Shown here in pieces: positions 9,931-17,100 of a stretch of DNA of 64,000 nt (positions are counted from its first letter, which is position 1; every line of letters starts with the position of its first letter). The position numbers were made by a program, and so were the translations under genes. The notes under the pieces are model-generated. The model worked only from the letters and a program-made list of their open reading frames with translations. It searched no databases and had not been told where the DNA came from. Source of the DNA: Patescibacteria group bacterium (GTDB lineage: Bacteria; Patescibacteriota; Patescibacteriia; SBBC01; CAIJZX01); the NCBI GenBank assembly GCA_038065275.1, contig JBBTRH010000013.1, positions 32,106-96,105 on the forward strand. Reading direction: 5' to 3'.

Positions 9931-10382
9931 GCCGGTAATTCCTTAACCGCGTGTTTTTGTAAACTTCCGTCGTCAGCCAGCCAAACTTCTGCCTCAAACT
10001 TTTTGCCTTGGATCAATCGCGGCAACCAAACACGGTCGTCCGCCCAACATTGATCATACGGAATGGCCTCGACCGGCCACCACTGCGGTCGCATTTCCTC
10101 GGTCTCGCGGGGTTCACCTTGGTACTCCTCCGTGCGAAAAACATGGACCAACCATTCTTTTCCGCCGGGGTCGTGAAAATGGATCCGCCCCTGTGGCTCA
10201 GCCAGCGTCACGTCCACCTCAATCTCCTCCTTTACTTCGCGCTTCGCCGCCGCTCGCGCTGTTTCTCCTGCTTTAAGCTTCCCGCCCGCCCCGTTCCACT
10301 TCCCCTGACCAAACCCTCGCTTCTTCATGGCGAGTAGAACCTGAGTGCCTTTGAAAATATATACGAGCGTGCCTTCAGTCAT
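9927..10382 (-). CDS. Nudix hydrolase (MTH1/8-oxo-dGTPase-like)
   Basis: KKRGFGQGKWNGAGGK, Nudix box GET...AAKREVKEE, EEMRPQW, WADD. Confidence 0.9.
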   Translation of the reverse strand: MTEGTLVYIFKGTQVLLAMKKRGFGQGKWNGAGGKLKAGETARAAAKREVKEEIEVDVTLAEPQGRIHFHDPGGKEWLVHVFRTEEYQGEPRETEEMRPQWWPVEAIPYDQCWADDRVWLPRLIQGKKFEAEVWLADDGSLQKHAVKELPA

Positions 10383-10405
10383 GCTTATTGCCTAAATCCT
10401 TCACC

Positions 10406-10798
10406 TTAAATCTTCTCTCTTAAATCTTTCAACTTTTTCAGGCATCCCCCGCACAACCCGCCGGCTCGCAGGGTGGCCACAAACACGCGTTGTTGACCGA
10501 ACATCCGCCGGTTGACGCTGGTCGGCAGGGTTTGGCTTTTTAGGCGCTGCGTTTTCCCGCACCGTTGACAGCTGAACTCCGCTTCGTGCCAGGCGTGGCC
10601 GATATAGCGACGCCCGCCATCGAGTCCTTCCACCGTGAAAATCTCGCCGCGGGCGACCAGGGTGTCAAGATTGCGGAATAGAGTCGCCTCAGCCAACTGC
10701 GGCAACCGGCGGCGAAGATCGGCCGAGGTCAGCGGCTCGGGAGCGAATTTCACCGCCCGGAGGATGGCTTGGCGTTGCGGACTGTGGCGGCGGCGCAT
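10406..10798 (-). CDS. Fur-family transcriptional regulator
   Basis: SPQRQAIL, ATLFRNLDTL, HE..CQRCG and GLCGGC zinc motifs. Confidence 0.85.
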   Translation of the reverse strand: MRRRHSPQRQAILRAVKFAPEPLTSADLRRRLPQLAEATLFRNLDTLVARGEIFTVEGLDGGRRYIGHAWHEAEFSCQRCGKTQRLKSQTLPTSVNRRMFGQQRVFVATLRAGGLCGGCLKKLKDLREKI

Positions 10799-10803
10799 GG
10801 ACT

Positions 10804-10826
10804 TAAGTGAGAGTGACTCTCATTTA
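10804..10826. promoter_or_regulatory. Fur-type 7-1-7 operator ahead of the fur-nudix-suf cluster
   Basis: TGAGAGT-G-ACTCTCA perfect inverted repeat, 9 nt upstream of the ATG and downstream of a TCGACA-17-TACGCT promoter. Confidence 0.65.
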
Positions 10827-10934
10827 GCGTAACATAATGTTTCCGGGTTGTCGACCCGCAATTGCGCGCCTCGAGTTGCTTTACACCGCCACGACAAAAA
10901 ATCCTGCCCACCGGCGGTGCGTCTCAAAATCGCC

Positions 10935-11063
10935 TTATTTTCCCGTAAACAGGTAGGCCACCGCGGCGACCGTACCGACGATCAAGCCGATGGCCAGGAT
11001 CAGGTAGATGGCCACGGAGTGTTTAGTCTTCGTGCTCGTGGTAGTGTTGGTCGGGGCGGACAT
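10935..11063 (-). CDS. Small single-TM protein (42 aa, not in the ORF track)
   Basis: MSAPTNTTTSTKTKHSVAIYLILAIGLIVGTVAAVAYLFTGK*; upstream TACACT -10; start codon duplicated by element A2. Confidence 0.65.
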   Translation of the reverse strand: MSAPTNTTTSTKTKHSVAIYLILAIGLIVGTVAAVAYLFTGK

Positions 11064-11064
11064 A

Positions 11065-11142
11065 TCCCGTTAGAAACTACCTCTAATCGGCGTTGAATAC
11101 ATAGGGAAGAGATGTTGTGTCCCGCACTAGTTTCTAACGGGA
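11065..11142. mobile_element. MITE-like element family A, copy A2, at a start codon
   Basis: IR tcccgttagaaacta / tagtttctaacggga; CATA direct repeat on both sides. Confidence 0.85.
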
Positions 11143-11168
11143 CATAGGCCGGCAGTGTAGCACACTCA

Positions 11169-11264
11169 CCCGGCCCCACGGAAGCCATGGGTGCCCGGCC
11201 TTCGTCCCGACGCGTGAGAGCCGGTCGGGACTTCGGCGGAGGAGGCTAAAACCGTAGAGCCGGG
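11169..11264. mobile_element. MITE-like element (CCCGGCYCYACGG IR) at a stop codon, with nested palindrome
   Basis: cccggccccacgg / ccgtagagccggg; flanks ctca/ttca include the TGA of the upstream gene; inner gtcccgac..gtcgggac hairpin. Confidence 0.6.
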
Positions 11265-11265
11265 T

Positions 11266-12063
11266 TCACCGACTGACAACGAGCGCGATTTTGGCGCCCT
11301 GGTCGACGTCGCCGCCGTTCCAGTCGTGCATGGCGTTCATAATCACTTCCGGATCGTACAGGTAGTCGGCGCCGCGGCGCGTGCCGGGGTCGTTAGTGAT
11401 GAACCGGCCGTCCTTGGTGTACCCTTTCAAGACCAGCATATGATAGAGCGGGCCGGGCCGTTTGAAGTTCGGGTTTTTAAGCAACCGACCGGCGGCCGGC
11501 ACGACGACTGGTTGCCCAGCGGCGATGGCTGATTTGAGTTCGGCCACGGTCGGGTTGGTGAGCAGTTGGACCGAAGTGCCGCCATACAATCCCTCAACCA
11601 TCTGCGCGGTTTGGGCCGCCGTAGTGTCCTTGAAAAAACCGAAGGTGTCGAGTTCCCATTGTTTAATCTGCTGGAGGGCTGATTCGGCATCGGCGGCGTC
11701 AGCGATGCCGCGACCCTGGAAGAAGCGTCCGACCATCAGGACCGCCGCTTCCTCGCAAAATTCCTCGTGTTCCGCATCCCAGTTGGCGTTCGGCGCCTGA
11801 CTGGTGAACGGCACGGCCAGGTTTTTCTCCCGCGGCATCTCCGTCACCGGGATCCGGACCGTAACATCGTGAGGACGGTTGACGTCCGGCGGAGCGACCT
11901 GGTTCAGCGGCGGGGCGGTGGTGTTGATGGACGCCGGTTCGGCGGTCGGAATTTTCGGCGGCCTTAGGTCAGACCACCAGGAGCGAAGTCGTGAACTCGA
12001 CGCGCCCAGCCACAAGCCGGCCGAGACGGCGACGACCATGAACGCGAGGGTCGGGCGGGCCAC
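11266..12063 (-). CDS. C39-like peptidase family protein
   Basis: VPFTSQAP, CEEAA, YHMLVLKGY, FITNDPG; N-terminal TM. Confidence 0.85.
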   Translation of the reverse strand: MARPTLAFMVVAVSAGLWLGASSSRLRSWWSDLRPPKIPTAEPASINTTAPPLNQVAPPDVNRPHDVTVRIPVTEMPREKNLAVPFTSQAPNANWDAEHEEFCEEAAVLMVGRFFQGRGIADAADAESALQQIKQWELDTFGFFKDTTAAQTAQMVEGLYGGTSVQLLTNPTVAELKSAIAAGQPVVVPAAGRLLKNPNFKRPGPLYHMLVLKGYTKDGRFITNDPGTRRGADYLYDPEVIMNAMHDWNGGDVDQGAKIALVVSR

Positions 12064-12069
12064 GACCGC

Positions 12070-12789
12070 TCAGGCTTTTCCGTAGACCGGGATTTTCGCC
12101 CCGCTGGTGCCGCTGGCTACGTCTGACAACAGGTAACAGATCAGCTCGGCGATTTCGTCGGGCCGGACCCAGGTTGAGTAGTCGATATCGGGGAAGGCGT
12201 GCCGGTTGGCCGGCGTGTCGATGATGCTCGGCAGAACCGTGTTTGCGGTAATGTTGTGCGCCTTAACCTCGTTACTGACCGATTCCATCAGCCACATCAC
12301 GCCGACTTTGGCCACGTTGTAAGCGGCGGAGTTCGGACTGGCTTGGATCGCCTGGCGCGATCCAACGCCGACGATCCGGCCGTAATTCGCTTTGACCATG
12401 GCCGGCAGGACGGCCCGGGTCATCAGGAACGCGGAGTGCAGGTTGAGCGTCAATTGCGCGTTCCAGTCCTCCCAGCTCATGTCGATCACGGAATCACGGG
12501 CGTAGCCGCCGACCAGATTGGCCAGGCCGTCAATGCGGTGGAACTGGTTGATCACATGGTCGGTCAGTTCGGCCACCGCTTTCGGGCTGGTGACGTCAAC
12601 GTTAAACGGCGTCAAGTTCAGGCGTTGCTGATCGCTCAGTTTGGCCGACAAGACGTCGAGTTCTTCTTTCTTGGTGAATGTCACCACCGCTTGCGCGCCG
12701 CGCTCAAGCAGCTGGCGGACGACCGCCTGCCCGAGGGCGCCGGTGCCGCCGCTGACGATGATGACTCGTGAGGAAAAATCGTCGGTCAT
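12070..12789 (-). CDS. SDR family oxidoreductase
   Basis: SGGTGALG, YNVAK, PSIIDTPANR. Confidence 0.92.
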   Translation of the reverse strand: MTDDFSSRVIIVSGGTGALGQAVVRQLLERGAQAVVTFTKKEELDVLSAKLSDQQRLNLTPFNVDVTSPKAVAELTDHVINQFHRIDGLANLVGGYARDSVIDMSWEDWNAQLTLNLHSAFLMTRAVLPAMVKANYGRIVGVGSRQAIQASPNSAAYNVAKVGVMWLMESVSNEVKAHNITANTVLPSIIDTPANRHAFPDIDYSTWVRPDEIAELICYLLSDVASGTSGAKIPVYGKA

Positions 12790-12792
12790 AGG

Positions 12793-14286
12793 TTACGTCA
12801 ATTTCAGTCTACCATCAGTCCAGCGCCGCGCCAACTCGATCAGCCAGCGCGTTCCGGCGCCGGTCGCGCCCGGGGCCAGATGCTGACCTTCGATCGAGGA
12901 CATGGTCGGCGCGATATCGAGGTGGATCCAGGGCGTCTTCTTGATGAATTGGTAGAGGAACATCGCGCCTTCGATCGCCCCGCCCCAGCGCTCCTTGCCG
13001 GAATTGGTCACGTCGCCAAACGTGCCCTTCACCATCGGCGCGTACTCCTCCCACAGCGGTAGCGGCCAGCCATAGTCGCCGCTGGCTTCGGCGATCTCTT
13101 GAGCTTGTGTTCGTAGTTTGTCGTCAGGCGAGAACATCGCCATCGCCTGCTGTCCGAGCGCGACCACGGCCGCGCCGGTCAGCGTGGCCACGTCGACAAC
13201 CAGCACCGGTTCATAGTGTTTCTGCGCGTACGTCAACGCATCGGCCAGGATGACCCGTCCTTCGGCGTCGGTGTTGCCGACTTCGATCGTCGTGCCGGAC
13301 ATGGATCTCAGGACGTCACCGGGACGGAAACCCGAACCCGACGGCATGTTTTCCACCGCCGGGATAATGCCGATGACGTTGATCGGCAGTTTCAAGCGGC
13401 TGATGCCAACAAGCGCACCGAGCACCGCCGCTCCGCCGGCCATGTCCATGTGCATTTCTTGCATACCTGTCGACGGCTTGAGGTTGAGACCGCCGGAGTC
13501 GAAGGTTACGCCCTTACCAACAAGGACGAGTGGCTTGTGCTTCGCCGGTCCGCGGCGGTATTCCAGCACAATGAACCGCGGCAGTTCAGCACTCCCCTTC
13601 GCCACGCCCAGCAATGCACCCATGCCGAGCTTCTGCATTGCCGCTTCGTTGAGGACACGGCAGGTTAGCTTCTCTGCCTTGGCAATTTTCTGTGCTTCGG
13701 CCGCCATGATCCGCGGATTTAAATGGCTCCCCGGCGCGTTGGCCATCGCTCGGGCCATGTTCGTCGCCTCGCCGACCACAATGCCGCGCTTGATAGCGGT
13801 TTGCGCTTCGCGGCTGGCCGTGCCGATGATTGTCACGGATCGAACGTCGTGCCATCCGGATTTCGGCGCTTTCTTCAGCGCGTGGTAGTCGTAGTCGGCC
13901 AGCAGGAAGTTCTCGGCCATGTGGTTAGCGTTGTCCGGAATGAGGCGTAGCGGCATGATGGTCAATGAGCGCCACTTGTGCTCATGGGCTAGGCGAATCA
14001 CCTTCCGGTCGAGCAGTCGGTCACGCCGGTCGTTCCATTCTGCCCGTTTTCCCAAACCGGCCACGACAATGGTGGTGAACCGGCCGCGGACCAGCCGCAG
14101 GACGTGCGTGCTCGGCCACTCCATCGTCACGTCCTTCCGTCCGACCCAGGTTGACACGAGCTTGCGTACGTCCGTCGGGAGCTTGATCCAGTACGGATGT
14201 TCCTGAGGCTTCTGCTTCTCGAAGAACGCTAAGACAAGCGCGTCTGCTTTCGAGAGTGTCGTCGGCGGTCGGATGGTGATTTTCAT
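12793..14286 (-). CDS. pepA: Leucyl aminopeptidase (M17)
   Basis: GKGVTFDSGG, DMAGGA, NTDAEGR, ATLTGA, HLDIA; start at MKITIR behind TATACT. Confidence 0.95.
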   Translation of the reverse strand: MKITIRPPTTLSKADALVLAFFEKQKPQEHPYWIKLPTDVRKLVSTWVGRKDVTMEWPSTHVLRLVRGRFTTIVVAGLGKRAEWNDRRDRLLDRKVIRLAHEHKWRSLTIMPLRLIPDNANHMAENFLLADYDYHALKKAPKSGWHDVRSVTIIGTASREAQTAIKRGIVVGEATNMARAMANAPGSHLNPRIMAAEAQKIAKAEKLTCRVLNEAAMQKLGMGALLGVAKGSAELPRFIVLEYRRGPAKHKPLVLVGKGVTFDSGGLNLKPSTGMQEMHMDMAGGAAVLGALVGISRLKLPINVIGIIPAVENMPSGSGFRPGDVLRSMSGTTIEVGNTDAEGRVILADALTYAQKHYEPVLVVDVATLTGAAVVALGQQAMAMFSPDDKLRTQAQEIAEASGDYGWPLPLWEEYAPMVKGTFGDVTNSGKERWGGAIEGAMFLYQFIKKTPWIHLDIAPTMSSIEGQHLAPGATGAGTRWLIELARRWTDGRLKLT

Positions 14287-14400
14287 GGGCACAGTATAAC
14301 GAAAAAGAGCCAGGGAAACAAGCTCACAAGGCGTGTTTTCTCTTTGTTCAACAACATACCCACGAGGAACAGGATGCTCTGTGCCCAATTTTTATTCAAG

Positions 14401-15165
14401 TTACGCCCCCGGAAACAGCTTGCCAAATCCGACAATCGTCAGGATACCGAGGACAAGCAGGCTGAACTGCAGCGCCATCCGCCCGACCCGCTTCTCGCGG
14501 TGGATTTCCGGGATCAGGTCGGCGGCGCTGATGTAGATGAAGTTACCGGCGGCGATGCCGATCAGCGGCAGTATCAGGCCTTGGATGTGCTGACTGACGA
14601 GGATGGTCACCCCCGCCCCGAAGGGACTGACCAGGGCGCCGAGGAAGTTCCAAAGCGCGACGTTCTTGCGGGACCAACCCGCGTGTAACATGATCGAGAA
14701 GTCACCGATCTCCTGCGGCAGTTCGTGGAAGAAGACGGCCAGGGCGGTCGTCGTCCCCAGGGCCGGACTGACGAGGTACGTCGCGGCAATGATCGTGCCA
14801 TCAATGAAATTGTGAATGCCGTCGCCGATCAGGATCAGCGGCGCCAGGACGGACTGGTGCTCGGCGTGGTGTTCTTCGGCGTGGCTGTGGTGGTGCCAAA
14901 GGAGGAGCTTCTCGATCAGGAAGAAGAACAGGAACCCGCCGACCACCCAGGCGAAGGTCGAGGTGATCTTCTCCGGCGCGTCGTGGACCGCCTCGGTCAG
15001 CAAGTCGAAAAAGGCCGCTCCGAGCAGGGCCCCAGCGGCGAAACTCACAAAGAGGCCAGAAAACTTCCGGGTCGCCCGATCTTTCCACAGCAGGAAGAAA
15101 CCGCCGGCCAGGCCGAGGATGCTGGACAGGACCGAGGCGAGGATGGCTTGGAGGGCAGGGGTCAT
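14401..15165 (-). CDS. ZIP family metal transporter
   Basis: His-rich loop, GDGIHNFIDG, HELPQEIGD. Confidence 0.93.
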   Translation of the reverse strand: MTPALQAILASVLSSILGLAGGFFLLWKDRATRKFSGLFVSFAAGALLGAAFFDLLTEAVHDAPEKITSTFAWVVGGFLFFFLIEKLLLWHHHSHAEEHHAEHQSVLAPLILIGDGIHNFIDGTIIAATYLVSPALGTTTALAVFFHELPQEIGDFSIMLHAGWSRKNVALWNFLGALVSPFGAGVTILVSQHIQGLILPLIGIAAGNFIYISAADLIPEIHREKRVGRMALQFSLLVLGILTIVGFGKLFPGA

Positions 15166-16457
15166 GGCACTAGCAGTATAGCATTCGGCAGGTTTCTTCC
15201 GGGACCGATGGTGTAGTTGCCGTTCTGGTAGAGCGCCGTCGACCCGCCGCCGTCGAGGTTAAGGGCATAATCGAGACCCATCGCCTGGGCTACGGCCGCC
15301 TCATCGATCACGGTCGCGCGGCGGACAATGCCGAAGGTGACCGTCGTCCCCTTCCAGCCGAGGAAGCTACGGAACGATTTGACGGTCGCTTGTTTGGTAT
15401 CAAGATGATTGCGGTTCAGGACGTTCATGCCGCCGATGACCATGATCGGGCTACTGCTGAGCGCCGCGCGAAGGACACCACTTCCGCCCGCGGCCAGCGA
15501 ATCGGCGGCCAGGCGCGTCCGCAGTTCAGCCAGGCTATGAAACTGCAGGGTCGGCGCGTAGTAGAAGAGGCGGTTGGTGGTGTCGATGGCTACGATGGGT
15601 TGCACCGTGTACTTCATCCGCACCTGGTTGATCATCGTCCCGGAAAAGGAATTGAACACCGGGTAAAAGTAGTACCCCGTTTGGCCGACGCAACTCGCAT
15701 ACTCATAAGGGCAGAAGTAGGTGCCGTGCATGCCGGCCACCGCTTTTCGGCGGTCGATGTATGTTTTTAAAGGCAAGGTCAAACAACCGTTCTTACAGTC
15801 GGCGTTCAGGGACGTGTCGGTCATGATCTTCAGCGTCGTCGCGCTCAAATCAAGCGTCATGACGTCGACCGTAAACTTTCCGCGGCTGGTGGCGACGGAC
15901 AGCTGGGTTCGTAACAGTCCGTTGGCTGGCTTGGGCGGCGCTGGCGGCGCGTCAAATCCAGCGGCGGCCGGAATCGCGGCCAGGTTGACGTTGGAGATGC
16001 CCAGGCTGAGCCGACGGAGAACGGCCAGGGATGGGGCGGTGAGTTCGTAACGCTGACGGTTGAGGGGCGAAACGTACCACTGGACAGCGTCGCCGCTCTG
16101 ATGAATGATGCGCCCAGCTAACCGTTGCCGAAGCGCTAAATTCCCGACGTCCGGACTGCCAGCCACCGGAATGTTCGCCAAGTTCGCGGATGAGACGGCT
16201 AGGCTGAGCCGACGGAGAACAACGTCGGCGCTCGTTTGATCGCCGAGGTAGTAGCGCCGCTGATTGGACGGCGATACAAACCACAAGGCGCCCCGGGCCT
16301 CAGTCTGGAGGAGAAACCGGCCGGCTAGGCGTTGCGCCAACGATGAGGCGGCCCGGGCCGGCGGCACGGTCAACCAGTCCACCTTTGCGCCAGGCGCTCC
16401 GACGGACAAGCCGATGACGACGCCGAGCAAGAGGGTGAAGATGACAAATCGACGCAT
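15162..16457 (-). CDS. Secreted protein with two N-terminal repeats and a phosphodiester-glycosidase (NAGPA-like) domain
   Basis: Signal peptide; two LAGR..Q..W(F/Y)VSPxNxxRY repeats; ALNLDGGGST and GRNLPNAI. Confidence 0.8.
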   Translation of the reverse strand: MRRFVIFTLLLGVVIGLSVGAPGAKVDWLTVPPARAASSLAQRLAGRFLLQTEARGALWFVSPSNQRRYYLGDQTSADVVLRRLSLAVSSANLANIPVAGSPDVGNLALRQRLAGRIIHQSGDAVQWYVSPLNRQRYELTAPSLAVLRRLSLGISNVNLAAIPAAAGFDAPPAPPKPANGLLRTQLSVATSRGKFTVDVMTLDLSATTLKIMTDTSLNADCKNGCLTLPLKTYIDRRKAVAGMHGTYFCPYEYASCVGQTGYYFYPVFNSFSGTMINQVRMKYTVQPIVAIDTTNRLFYYAPTLQFHSLAELRTRLAADSLAAGGSGVLRAALSSSPIMVIGGMNVLNRNHLDTKQATVKSFRSFLGWKGTTVTFGIVRRATVIDEAAVAQAMGLDYALNLDGGGSTALYQNGNYTIGPGRNLPNAILLVP

Positions 16458-16598
16458 ACCGGATGAGTATATCATACCGATTACTTTCGGCTCGTGATGG
16501 CACCCCCACCCCCGGCTCCGCTTCACTCCGCCACCCCTCCCTAATTAGGGAGGGGTTCGGGGGTGGGAGGGAACAGCGTTAACTCCGGTGATCACAAC

Positions 16599-16624
16599 AC
16601 CCGCCCGTATTTTTCGGGCGGGTG
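16599..16624. terminator. Hairpin downstream of the RRM gene
   Basis: cacccgcccg-tattttt-cgggcgggtg stem. Confidence 0.45.
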
Positions 16625-16636
16625 CGTCAAATACTG

Positions 16637-16915
16637 TTAGTATTGGTTAGACCGGGGTGGGCGAGGTGTCATCGGCCGGGCTTCGTTGACGGTTAGAGTC
16701 CGTCCTTCGAAATCCTTGCCGTTGAACAGCTCGATCGCCTTCTGCGCTTCTTCATCCGTCGACATTTCGACGAAACCGAAGCCTTTAGAGCGCCCGGACA
16801 TCCGGTCGGTGATAACTGTCGCCGACACCACCGTGCCCGCTTGGGCAAACGCGTTCTGAAGCGCGTCCTGGGTGGTGCTGTACGGCAGACCGCCGATGTA
16901 GAGTTTATTGGCCAT
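16637..16915 (-). CDS. RRM RNA-binding protein
   Basis: KLYIGGL (RNP2), SKGFGFVEM (RNP1), VNEARP. Confidence 0.95.
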   Translation of the reverse strand: MANKLYIGGLPYSTTQDALQNAFAQAGTVVSATVITDRMSGRSKGFGFVEMSTDEEAQKAIELFNGKDFEGRTLTVNEARPMTPRPPRSNQY

Positions 16916-17100
16916 GGATAGAGAATTCATCTAGACTGACGCGCACCGACCTTATTCTCCACCATGTTCCGTTGTTGACGGTCGACGCATGAAGAAGTGC
17001 GCGGTAAAAAGGAGTATACCACATTTTTGGCCGTCAAGGAAAAGCGGCGGCGGCCGCTCCGGAGGAGGAATTGCCTCCTGGGTAGCGTCGACGTTTCGGT

